DNA of 64,000 bases, taken from contig CAWAUV010000008.1 in the NCBI GenBank assembly GCA_963785305.1, positions 64,001 through 128,000 of the forward strand, given 5' to 3'. Under the pieces are notes generated by a model, which was not told the DNA's origin, did no database searches, and saw only the letters and a program-made list of their open reading frames with translations. Origin of the DNA: an uncultured Planctomycetaceae bacterium. GTDB taxonomy: Bacteria > Planctomycetota > Planctomycetia > Pirellulales > PALSA-1355. The translations under genes were made by a program, and so were the position numbers. Below are positions 35,465 through 45,994 of the stretch, one piece after another. How positions within the stretch are numbered: position 1 is the stretch's first letter; the number at the start of each line of letters is the position of its first letter.

Positions 35465-35736
35465 GAACTGCGCCGGGCCTTCGATCGCTCGTTCGCCAAA
35501 ACATAAATAGTTGCTGTTCCTGCGCTTTTTGGCTAGAATGGAATCGCAACTGACCTGCAATGTCGCTCGACGCTCGGTTTGCGGTCGCGGGAAATTTCGA
35601 GGTGACGGCCTCTCGATTCGCTTGGCGCTGGCCGCTCGCGGGAATAATTCGCGGCAAAGCATGCGAATCGATTTAGGAAAGTCGCGCGCGGCCGGTTGCA
35701 TCGCTGGGCGTTGCTTCGATTCTCGATCTCCGTGCC

Positions 35737-36168
35737 ATGAGACCGGTCCCTACCGCCATGTCTTCGTACCCGCGACCCATCGAGCCGCCAAGAGCCTTCG
35801 CGGCGGGAGCGCGACCGGCGCGAGGCGCGGGCGCGATATATGCGCAAACCCGCAAGCCGAAGTCGACCGATGCCAAACCTTACCGGGCGACGACAGGCGC
35901 CGCTTTCTCGGCGACGCGAGTTCCTCACCAGGCCCCGCGAGCCGGGCGACGGGCGGCTGGGGTGCGGGCGGCTGGGGTGCGGGGGGCTGGGGTGCGGGGG
36001 GCTGGGGTGCGGGGGGCTGGGCTTAGACCTGGCGTGGCCTCGCTCGATGCGATGCTGCTTTTGGGCGTGATTTTGCCGCTGGCCGCTTTCATCTTGTGGG
36101 CGGGTCCGCGTATTATGAACTTGGTTTACCAGATGATTTGCTTGTTGGTGTCCTGGCCGTTCATGTGA
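35737..36168 (+). CDS. Pilin-like small protein with repeat-expanded leader
   Basis: RPG|VASLDAMLLLGVILPL resembles a class III (prepilin) signal; start uncertain. Confidence 0.55.
   Translation: MRPVPTAMSSYPRPIEPPRAFAAGARPARGAGAIYAQTRKPKSTDAKPYRATTGAAFSATRVPHQAPRAGRRAAGVRAAGVRGAGVRGAGVRGAGLRPGVASLDAMLLLGVILPLAAFILWAGPRIMNLVYQMICLLVSWPFM
35956..36021 (+). repeat. 15-bp G-rich tandem repeat, about 4.4 copies
   Basis: GCTGGGGTGCGGG(C/G)G units at 35956, 35971, 35986 and 36001, plus a partial unit at 36016. Confidence 0.95.
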
Positions 36169-36350
36169 TTTCGTTTAGAATAGTAGCTGCCGCCGCGCGC
36201 GTCTGGCGGCGCGGTCGATTCCATTCATTTCATCGCTCGAGCGCGGCGCGGTCCGCCCGCGAGCGGTTCCCAGCATTGTCTGGCACGGGCGGTTATCTGG
36301 CCCCGGCGGCCCGATGACCGGCATCGGTCAGAAGAACGAGAGAGCAAGCC

Positions 36351-36608
36351 ATGCTTCAACGAGCTTTTTCACGAACAGGTTCATTACGAACAGGATCGCC
36401 GCGTGGAGGCTCCCTGCGGAAATTGTTTGCCGATATCCATCGCGACGAGCGCGGCGCCGTGAGCCTGGAGACGATTCTCGTCGTGGGCGTGATCGCGCTG
36501 CCGATTCTGATCTACTTGATCAAAGTCGGCTGGCCGCGAATTAAGACCTACTTCACGACCGGCATGACGAACCTGGAAAATGGCGCGAACAATGCTGTCA
36601 ATAATTAG
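36351..36608 (+). CDS. Flp-like (type IVc) major pilin
   Basis: 85 aa; HRDERG|AVSLETILVVGVIALPILIYL with Glu at +5. Confidence 0.75.
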   Translation: MLQRAFSRTGSLRTGSPRGGSLRKLFADIHRDERGAVSLETILVVGVIALPILIYLIKVGWPRIKTYFTTGMTNLENGANNAVNN

Positions 36609-36664
36609 GGGGCTGTCGATAATTAAGGGGCCGTCGATAACCGCGGGGCCGTTTAAAGCCGAGG
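36594..36664 (+). repeat. Degenerate 18-bp tandem repeat spanning the pilin stop codon
   Basis: GCTGTCAATAATTAGGGG / GCTGTCGATAATTAAGGG / GCCGTCGATAACCGCGGG / GCCGTTTAAAGCCGAGG. Confidence 0.8.
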
Positions 36665-36776
36665 AACAGTTAAAAGCCAAGAGGCAATCGAACATCAAGG
36701 AGCCATGCGCAACCAAGCGGCAATCGACGCGTGATCGGTCCGTTGGTCCGAACTTCATGAGAGCGGGAGACACCGC

Positions 36777-37385
36777 ATGGCGGTCGCCGCGCTCCTGGTG
36801 ATCTTGGTCGCCGTGGCCACGTATACCGATCTCCGCTGGCGAAGAATCTACAACAAGCTTACGTATCCGGGCATTCTCGCGGCGCTGGCGCTCAATGCCG
36901 CCGGCTCGCTCGCCGAGCGCCGTGCTGAAGCGGCCGGGATCGGCGCCGTGGAAAAGCTGGCTGCTTGGCGAGAGGCGATCGGATGGGTGGGGCTCGCCGA
37001 TAGCGCTTGGGGACTGGTGGCCTGCGGCGGGTCGATGGTGCTCTGTTATGTGCTGTTTCGCATCGGTGGGGGTGATGTCAAGCTGCTGGGCATGATCGGC
37101 GCCTTCCTGGGTTTGGATCGTGGCGTCGAGACGTTGCTCTGGACTTTCGTCGTCGGCGCCGGCGTGTCGCTTGTGTTGTTGATCTGGCGCGTGGGCGCGT
37201 GGCGGCTGGTGGGCCGATTCGCCAGACAACTGTCGTGGATACTACGGATTGCGTACTGGGGTCCGCTGACCAGTGAAGAACGCCGGGAACTCGAAGCGCC
37301 GCTCTTTCTCGCGCCGCAGCGCTGGCGGCGCTGGGAATCGTGCTGGCGAGCCGCCACTGGGGCTGGTATTGATCGCTCGCATTAA
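36777..37385 (+). CDS. A24 prepilin peptidase (CpaA/TadV-like)
   Basis: TDLRWRRIYNKLTYP and IGGGDVKLLG catalytic Asp motifs. Confidence 0.9.
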   Translation: MAVAALLVILVAVATYTDLRWRRIYNKLTYPGILAALALNAAGSLAERRAEAAGIGAVEKLAAWREAIGWVGLADSAWGLVACGGSMVLCYVLFRIGGGDVKLLGMIGAFLGLDRGVETLLWTFVVGAGVSLVLLIWRVGAWRLVGRFARQLSWILRIAYWGPLTSEERRELEAPLFLAPQRWRRWESCWRAATGAGIDRSH

Positions 37386-37405
37386 ACGCGTCTGAGGCAA
37401 GATTC

Positions 37406-38401
37406 ATGCATCGCGGCGCCGTGCTCCATGTGTTGCCGTGGCTGCTGCTCGTCGTGGGGCTGGCGATCGCGCTGCGGCTACTGACGCGATTGGCCGGCGG
37501 AACTTGGGCGCCCAGCGATTCCGCTCGCTCCACGCCGATCAGTCGGGCGCCGTGCAGACCTTGAGCTTCGTGCTCACCCTGCCGTTTTTTGTCATGACCC
37601 TCATGCTCATGGTGCAGGCCGGCCAGTTGATGCTGGCGCAAATGGTCGTGGAATACGCGGCCGTGGCCGCCGCGCGGTCCGCCATTGTGTGGATTCCCGC
37701 CGCCACGCCCACCATCGGCGAAGGTCCGAACTGTATTAGTTCGTATTCCGTGGCTCAGAATCAAACCGGAACCGGCGGCGGCACGGAATACCTCATTCAG
37801 CCGGGCAGCCCCAAGTACGCTCGAATTCTCAACGCCGCCGTGCTCGCCTGCGCCGATCAGCCCCTCGCGACCGATCGCCGGCGTGAACACAACCGCCGTG
37901 GGCGGGCTCAACACGGTGGTCAACCATGCCTATGCGAAACTCGCGCCGACATCCTACAACCAAAACTCCGTGATTGCCCAGCGACTGCTCAACAAATTGG
38001 CCTACAGCGCCGCGGCCACGAATATTCAGATCACGTTCGTGCATCCGTCGCAGTCGATCGAGCCGCCGCTGGCCACCTGGGACGTTGGCGATGATATCTA
38101 CGAATATCGCTCCAATGAGCTCGGCTTCCAAGATTCGGTCACGGTCACGGTCACGCACCAGTTGGCCCTGCTGCCTGGCCCTGGCCGATTGCTGTTCACT
38201 CCCACGACCTCGTATTCCAGCGCCGGCGCCTCGTCGAGTTCCGACGGCCCCGGCGGCGGAATGGTTCCCAGTGGCGCGCCCGATCAGGTGGCGGCGAGCA
38301 TTCAGCAAAACGGCGGGCTCTATACCTACACGCTTACCGCCGCGACCACATTGATGCTCGAAGGCGAAAAACCGGTGCTCGAATATGTCTACAATCCTTG
38401 A
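37406..38401 (+). CDS. TadE-like pseudopilin; frameshifts near 37500 and 37855
   Basis: HADQSG|AVQTLSFVLTLPFF..VVEYAAVAAARSAIVW. Confidence 0.7.
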
Positions 38402-39860
38402 ACCACGCATCGCCGCGGGGCTGCTTGCCCGGCTGCATCGCGACCAGCGAGGCACGATGAGCATCGTGTCGGTCTTCGCGTTCATGATCCTAGCGATGCT
38501 GCTCGGCATGGTGATGAATGTCGCCTATCAGGTCGACGGCAAAGTCAAAATGCAAAACGCCGCCGACGCCGCGACCTATTCGGGCGGCATCGTAATTGCC
38601 CGGGGCATGAACACGCTAGCCTTCATGAACCATTTGCTCTGCGATGTATTCGCCACGACCGCCATCTTGCGCGAGGGCGCGATCGCAATGCCCAGAGCCT
38701 GACGCCCGACATTCTGGCGGCTTGGAGCACCGTGGCGCCCAGCTTTAGTCAGGCGCCGATTCCGAAGCTCGCGGCGCTGGGACCGGCCATTTCGCAAAAA
38801 GTTCCCATGGAACGGCAGATGGTCGATTCGTACAGCGATTGGATCGGCGCGATGTCGGACAGCGTGTTGCCGACATGGGAAATGATCTTGGCCCAGGAAT
38901 TGATTCCCAAGTTCGAGCGCAGCGCTCACCGCCGCCACGCCGCGGCTCTCGCAGCTCGCGGCCAATGAAATCACGCGACAGCACGGTCAATTGCACACGA
39001 CGACGAGCGGCGCCACGAATTCGCCGCGGGGCGTGATGCAGGCGGCCCTGTGGCGCACCAGCGGGCAAGCCGTGGGCGGCGATGGCGAGACCGCGCTACG
39101 AACGCTGCCGGTGATCGATCCCGAGCTCGATCAATCGGCGAATCAAGCCGCTTACATGAACGCCGCGCGCCACGAGCGCGACCACATAGCCCATGCCTAT
39201 CTGCGGCAGTGGAACAGCAAAATGATGTCGGCCTTCGACTCGCTGGCCAAGATGTCGCAGTTTGGCTCGCTGTGGCGCGGATTCACATGCGGCCAGCTCA
39301 ATAAGTTGCTCAATCAGGATTACCCCACGACGAATTTGCCCTTCCAGCTTCGGGCCGCCAATGGCCCTCAAGACAACAACTATCTCGAGCAAGACTATCA
39401 TTTCGTCGGCGTGGCGTATTGGCCGCCGGTCCCGGAGATATTGCCGGGGCTGTTTACAAACCCCGATCCCTCGAGCAGCCAGACCTTCGCCGAGATTCTG
39501 CTCTATGTGCCGCGAAATCGGCTCGTGTGGGGTTACACCTCGAACACGACCTCGAATCCCGGAATTTCGATCGGCGGCGTGCCGGGCAATATCGCCACCC
39601 TGCCCGGCAGCGGCGGTCCGCCCACCAACACCGGCGGCGGCGGCGCCAACACCCGACAAGTCGTTCGCCAGGGCAAGGACACGCGCTGGAGCCTGATGAA
39701 TCAAAGCTGGACCGTCAAACTCGTGCCGGCCGTGAGCACGAACATCCCGGTGATTCTGTCGACGCCCCCGCCCATGTACGCTCAGGGCGCCCAGCAACCA
39801 CAAGTTCCCTCGCTCGGCCAGGGAACCGATGTGAACTGGAGCTTGCTTTACAACCACTAG
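38385..39860 (+). CDS. TadG-like protein (N-terminal Tad domain); frameshifts near 38680 and 38925
   Basis: HRDQRG|TMSIVSVF..KMQNAADAATYSGG..ARGMN. Confidence 0.75.
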
Positions 39861-39921
39861 CCCCCGCCCCCTTGAGCGCCGCCCCCGAGTGCTAACTGAA
39901 AACCGCAAACCGAACCCGTTC

Positions 39922-40782
39922 ATGCTCCAATCCTTCCGCCCATCATGGCCTCGCTCGCCCCGCCCCGCGGCTCGCTCTGGGCTCGCGCCGCTGGAGTTGG
40001 TGCTCGCCTTGCCGCTCTTGCTCATGGTGATGGCGCTCACGATCAACGTCGGCGTGAACGGAAGCTGGAAGGTTCGCGCGGCGATGGTGGCCCGCGATGT
40101 GGTGTGGAGCGCTCGCTGGCCGCGCTCGGGCGCCCAGACGCAGCCGGCCAATTGGCCGAACAATGCATCCCGAAGCGTGGCCCAGGGCAATTCGCTGACG
40201 GTGCTCGCCGATTCGTCGATCGATCAGCCGGTGGCCCGCGGGCAAACGATCGGCCAAGTGACCGTGAATCGCAATTTGCTCGATCCGACCACGGGCCTGC
40301 AATTGGGCCAATCCGATATTGTTCGTTCGATGGCGATGCTGGCCCAGGCGCTGCCGCCCACGCGGTTCGATCTCAAGCACCCGCTGCTCGACAATGCTTG
40401 GCAATATCAGCGGATGGGGCTCGGCAGTAACCAGCAACTTCGCGAGCCGGTGATTTATCAGTTTCCCCAAGTGAGCGGCGATCTGAATCAGGCTTATGTC
40501 AGCTCCGTGGTGGCGATCTACTCGTCGCCGCTCCAGGCCCAGTGGATGACGCTCGACCGCGATCCGCAGATACTCGCCTTCTATGGGCACTATCATGATT
40601 TCCACCCGCGGCTGCATCACTTTTGCAGCCTCGACAAGCAGTCGATTCGTCAGAATCAGGTACAGCGGCTGATCGATCATATCCAAGGCTCGACCCAGCC
40701 GAAGATCGAGAGCGTGGCGCAACGCATGATTAACTTCTTCACCAACATGTACCGGCAAATGCAACAGCAGCAGCCCCAATGA
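39922..40782 (+). CDS. TadE-like pseudopilin
   Basis: RSG|LAPLELVLALPLLLMVM..ARDVVW. Confidence 0.7.
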   Translation: MLQSFRPSWPRSPRPAARSGLAPLELVLALPLLLMVMALTINVGVNGSWKVRAAMVARDVVWSARWPRSGAQTQPANWPNNASRSVAQGNSLTVLADSSIDQPVARGQTIGQVTVNRNLLDPTTGLQLGQSDIVRSMAMLAQALPPTRFDLKHPLLDNAWQYQRMGLGSNQQLREPVIYQFPQVSGDLNQAYVSSVVAIYSSPLQAQWMTLDRDPQILAFYGHYHDFHPRLHHFCSLDKQSIRQNQVQRLIDHIQGSTQPKIESVAQRMINFFTNMYRQMQQQQPQ

Positions 40783-40816
40783 TGTCCGACTCTGATCGGT
40801 TTTTGGGGGGCGCCGC

Positions 40817-41903
40817 GTGCTTTTAGGGACCCTTCGTGATTCGATGGCGCCATTCTTCAAGCCAAAGCGCTTACCCCACGCGGCGAAACCAGCCGCATCG
40901 TTCGCCACGCTCGGCCGCCGCATCACCGCCTGGACCAGCAACCTGCTCGCCACGGCCGTGGTCCTGGTCTTGGCCCTGGGCATCGGTCGCCAACTCATCG
41001 CTTGGTATCGCGTCGAGCCGGAGGCAGCCCATTCCGCGCCGCTGGATATGACCGCGGGCTCGCTCGACTTAAGCGGCGCCGATGGCAAGCCGCTGGAGCT
41101 CGAGTTCGGTTCGCTCGCCCATCAATTGCAGCGCCGGGTCGTGCATGGCTCGTGGCGCGATGCGCGACAGGCGCTCATCGCCGACTGCCGAGAACATTTG
41201 GCCGATCGGCCGCTCGGCGTCACACCGGCCGAAAGCCGGTTGCTGGCGCGTGTGCGCGCCAATGACTCCGGTGTTTCAAGGCGATGGCGGCGAAATCTAT
41301 TCCGCGCCCGAGGGCGTTCCGCTGGCGGTGGCCACGCGGTCGACGCCGGGCAAGCGATCGGGCGCCGCGCGAGACGGCCCGCGCGGCGGGTCGGGCGATT
41401 CGCTTGGCGCGACCGAGCGACGCGTGGTAGCCTGGGGATTGGCGATCCCCGCGGACGAGGATCGTTGGCATCTCTATGTGGCCCATGCTTCGGCGGGCGA
41501 AGGCGAGGCCAACGCCGGACCTCGGCCGCTCGGCTCGGGGTCCGGAGCGAGTTCGCGGCGCAACGTCGGCTCGCGGCGGAATTGGATCCCGCTACCGCCT
41601 GGCGCTCGAACCACGCTGGCGATTTCCGACGAGAGCGGCGCGGGGTTATCGGCGATCGCCGGCCCGGGTTCGCCCGCCCAATGGATTCACTTTTACCAAG
41701 AGGCGCTCGGCGGCCGCGGCTGGGGGGCGAGTGGTCCTTGGTCGTGCGACGAGCGGGGCGCGTGGCGGGCACGTTTCGAGCAAGTCCAACCGAGCGGTCC
41801 CGCGACGATCGATATTCAAATCATGCCCGATGGCCAAGGCAACCTGACGGGCTTCATCTCGGCGGCAGTCGTCGCCATTCAAACAGCGAGTGAGACGCCA
41901 TGA
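40817..41903 (+). CDS. Hypothetical single-TM protein in the Tad-like cluster; frameshift near 41265
   Basis: N-terminal TM (NLLATAVVLVLALGIG); second frame ends with a stop overlapping the start of the next gene. Confidence 0.55.
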
Positions 41904-42661
41904 AAAGCGTGCAGGGTCTCTTGATCGCGCTCGTGCTCGGCATCGCCGGGGCGGGGCTCAATTGGTTTTATCTCGACCAGCGCTCGCGCGATGTCGAAAA
42001 AGTGCAATTCATCGGAATCGCCGAGGGGGTCACGGTGCGCCGCGGCGATCCCTTGCGCGAAGACCAGTTGGTGCCGGTCGACATTCCGCGCAACGCCGTG
42101 GGCCAGTTGCAACACTTCGCATACTACTATCGCGATCGCGCCACCGTGATCGGCCAAAGCCCCAAGCGGCAATATACCGGCGGCGAATTGCTGCTGCGGC
42201 AAGACCTGAAAACACCCCCGGCCGAGCTTAAGTTCGCCGGCGCCGATACCAGGGCGATCGGTATTCCGGTCGACACCAGCGCCATGGTCACCTCGCTGGT
42301 GGTTCCGGGCAATCAGGTGTCGTTTATCGTCGCGAAGCCGCAGGCCACGGTCGGTCTGCCCACGCCAGCCGACCCCGACGCGAGCGAGCCGACACCCCCG
42401 CCGGCGCTTGATCGCGGGAGCGGCAAGAGCGAAGTGATCGGTCCTTTCACGATTCTCTCGCTCGGCAACCGCTTGGGCACCGCCGATGTGATGGCGGCCA
42501 ATCATATTCCGGTTCAACAAGAAAACATCATGACGATCGCGGTCAAGGTGCATGGCGGCGAGCTCGACCCGCTGTTTCGCAAGCTCTGGGACCGCTTGCA
42601 GCAGACGAATTTTCGCCAAGTGGGCGTGCTCTTGCATCCGCCCAGCGAACAGAAGGAGTGA
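41900..42661 (+). CDS. CpaB/RcpC-like Flp pilus assembly protein (SAF domain)
   Basis: N-terminal TM; VRRGDPLREDQL..VIG..YTGGELLLRQDL; RAIGIPVD..LVVPGNQVSF. Confidence 0.65.
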   Translation: MKSVQGLLIALVLGIAGAGLNWFYLDQRSRDVEKVQFIGIAEGVTVRRGDPLREDQLVPVDIPRNAVGQLQHFAYYYRDRATVIGQSPKRQYTGGELLLRQDLKTPPAELKFAGADTRAIGIPVDTSAMVTSLVVPGNQVSFIVAKPQATVGLPTPADPDASEPTPPPALDRGSGKSEVIGPFTILSLGNRLGTADVMAANHIPVQQENIMTIAVKVHGGELDPLFRKLWDRLQQTNFRQVGVLLHPPSEQKE

Positions 42662-42743
42662 GCCGGCGGCGGGCTCGATGACTGCCCGCGTTGCACTCCG
42701 GCTGGGAGTAGGTCGCGGCTATTTTATACAGTGCAAGGCGAGA

Positions 42744-45050
42744 TCAGTCTTCGTGGCGAAAGCGGGCGCCTTCGAGACTCACGGCGCCGGGGCCGCCGAA
42801 AGCAATTTGCAGGCCGACGGTCCCGCCCGCGCGACCCACGATCTGGAGTCGGTGCGATCCCTCGGCCAATGGCACCGGGGCGAACACCAATTCCGACGCC
42901 GTGGCCGGGCCGCCCGCATGCACCACGGTTCGATCGACGCGCAGCGATAGTTCGCCCTCGCGGCGAATTTGGAACTGATAAACATCGCTCGCCGCGACAT
43001 TGAATGTGGAATCGAGCTCGTAGCGCTCGCCCGGTTTGACGCCCGCCGCGGCGAGCCATTTGGGATCGCGGGTATCTTGAATCGGCACCACCTTGCCATC
43101 GGCCAGCTTGAGCAACATGCCGCGGGAGAGCGACTTCTTGCTCAAATCCACCCGCGACACAAGCGGCGCCGGCGGACGAATGGCCAGTCGCAACGGTCGG
43201 GCCGCCACGCTGTCGTCGGGGCCGTTTTTCGACACGCCGCGGGCCTCGATCGTCACCGGCCCAATGCCGAGCAATCGCGGATTGAGGATCACCTCGCCCT
43301 CGTCGCCTGAAAAGCTGCCCAGCACGCGGCCATTGTGAAACACGACGCCGCCGATCATGCCGAGGGCCGCGGCTTTGAGCACCAGCGGCTTATCCCACTC
43401 GTGGTGTTCGCCGCCCTCGGCCGTGAGCGACATGCGATGGCCGCGGTTGTCGACCTCGAGTTGCATCGGCGGCGTGCGGCCTTGGGTTTCGATCGCGTCG
43501 CTGGTGATCGCCACCACGCGAGTGTCGTGAAAACCATCGATCAATTGCGTGGTGTCGAGCAGCAGCGGCGCGCCTTCGGCGCGCGGGCATGGCGGCGGCC
43601 ATCGACGAAGAGCTCGAGATGCGCGGCGCGGCCGTGCTCGGCGGGGTAGCGCCGGCGCTCGACTTTGTTTTGAGCGCGGCTTTGAAGGCGATCGTGCCGT
43701 GCGCCGGTTGATCGGCCGAGAAGTCGGGAAGCGTCACCTCCGGAATCCGCGCCCAGGGCTGGCAGAGCGGATCGCCGACGATCAGCAATTGATAGGGCCC
43801 GAAGACCGATTGATAGTAGGCTTCGGCCAGACAACAGCCGCGGACATAATGGACATGGATTTCGGGCACGGGAAACTTGTCTTGAAAGGCATAGGGCTCG
43901 ACGACCGTGCCGCTCGAGCCCGCGGCGCCGGCGCGGATCAGTTCGGTGAGCGGAGTTTGCGAGGCGCCTTCGGCGAGCACTCCGCCGAAGCTGGTGAGAT
44001 TTTCGCAAATCGCGCCGGGAAGAATTCGGCTCGCGGAGTTCGACCAGGAATAGTCGGCCGCGCCGAGCATGGCGCCTTGCACATCGGGTTTGTGATCGGG
44101 CAGCACTCCGTCGAGCATTTCGGCTTTCATGCCGAGCTTGTGCAATTGGGCCGCCGCCGCTTCGAAGCCGCCGGATCGCGCTCGGACGCGCGGATCGTCG
44201 CCGCGCATGAAGTAGAACGCGCCGCGCGGGCTCGTGCCATCGACCACGGCGCCCCGCGCAAGCAGGTCACGGCCTCGCTCACCGAGTTGCCGCGACCGCT
44301 CGTCACGCCGAGCATGACCGAAATCATGTAATGGCTGCCGCCGGCTTCGAGCAACTCGCCATCGGCGCCCCAGCCATACCAAGAGCGAAAGCCGTGCGTG
44401 GCCGCCGCGGTGGTTCGGTTCGCCGCCGAGCGCATGTACTGGTTGGTTTGGAGGCCGATCCATAGAGGGTTGTGTTGCATCACAAGCGGCCAAAAATAGG
44501 TCGCCGCCGTGATCGAGCCGCTCGGGCTGAGCTGCGGGGGAGTCGCGCCGCCATGGAGATCGGCCGTGAGATTGATCTCGTAGGGCAAGTCGCTCGAATA
44601 GATGATCTGGTCGATCTGTCCCGAGAGCCCGCGACGATCGATATTCGCCAGCACGGGGCCGAGGATCTTGTCGCGGAATGTGTCGACCGTAATCGCGTCG
44701 AGCGGTCCTTCCCAGGCGATATAGAAAATGTTGTTGGTCGGAATTCGACGCAGTTCGATAAAGTGATTGGCGATCGTTTGCGAGGCCCAACTCGCGGAGT
44801 TAACCACCACGATCACATTTTCGGGTCCACCGCCAGCCAGGAGCGGCCGCGGAGCAAATAGCCCCAAAGCCGCGCCAAGCAGTCCCAGGAAGATCGCTTG
44901 GGTTGACGCCCGGCGGGGAATTCGCCAATGAGTTCGCGCGACCGATCCAATATGCGAGGGCGATTTGTCGGTCGAGGCGGGCGCCCATGATCGCGGCGCG
45001 GAATCGATCGCCCATGCGTCACGCGACAAGGATCGGGGCGAGATCATCAT
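42744..45050 (-). CDS. TIGR03790-family secreted protein with C-terminal PA14-like domain; several frameshifts
   Basis: GGGPENVIVVVN..SQTIANHFIELRRIP, PGAICENLTSFGG, GAAGSSGTVVEPY and LIVGDPLCQPW. Confidence 0.75.
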
Positions 45051-45537
45051 CGTCGCGCGGCGGGCGTGGGATAGTAGTGCGAATAGGTCATGAAGCGAGT
45101 GGAGTGCCCCGTCGTCAGAGCGCTGGCGTTGCGGCTGCCGAAGGTGCTGTTGCGCGGCCGAGCGGTCGAGCCGGCGGCGGCCTGCCGCGCCGCGCCTTGC
45201 TGAAGGCTCTGAATCTGGCCGCTTTGCTGCCCGAGATTTCGCTGTGTGTTGGTAAACGGCTGCACCTGATTTTGAAATTGGGGCAAGTTGCCGAACACAT
45301 TGCCTTGCAGATTCAGATAGGGGCTCACCGTCATCATCGCGGCGACCTCTTGGGGATTGACGGACCCCTGCGCCATCGGCGCGAGGCGCCCAACCCCAGA
45401 CCATTTAGTCCCAGATCGCCCAGACAAAGCATCATCAAAAGCGCGCCGCTGGTGATCGCCGCCCGCCGCGCGCCGCAACAATCGAAAATCGCGCCCGCCG
45501 ATAGCGCCGCGATTCGTGTTCGCTGAATATAAAACAT
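45047..45537 (-). CDS. Small Gln-rich secreted-type hypothetical protein; probable frameshift near 45385
   Basis: TVSPYLNL..Q-rich..TGHSTRFMTYSHYY; stop overlaps the TIGR03790 start (ATGA). Confidence 0.55.
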
Positions 45538-45994
45538 GTCGCCCTCGCCTGCAAAAGAAAGCCTCGCGGACCGCTCGTTTCGGCCCCAACAGCAATTTTA
45601 GTACTTTCGACGCCCGCGGCAAACAAAAATCAACCTCGCTCGCCGAAGGTTTTTCGCCGACCGCTCGCGCACGGCTTTTTCGATTCCACCGACTTTGACG
45701 CCCAGAGTTCGGCCTCGGCCCGGCTTTTGCGGCTCTTGTCCTCGAAATCCCGCGGCGCGGCCCGGGTGTTCCGAGCCGATTCCCTCTGGCTGTGCGGGTC
45801 GCAAAGTTTTGCTAAACTACCTGACCCGACGCCGGTTGCCCAAGCCGGCTTTTAGGGGTATTTGGCCACCATTCCGCCTGCCGTCTCCCGTCGTCGAAAG
45901 GTCTTGCATGTTCACGAATGTTCCGCGGTGCTCCGGTCCTCTCGGGTTCGATCGATTCGCTCAAGCGACAGGTTCGCCGGACGATGGTCGGGCG

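Noticed and set aside
39869..39895. Possible CIRCE element (GAGTGCTAA); another half-site TAGCACTC near 48908
   Set aside because: Only half-sites, no partner at 9-bp spacing, and not upstream of groES/groEL.
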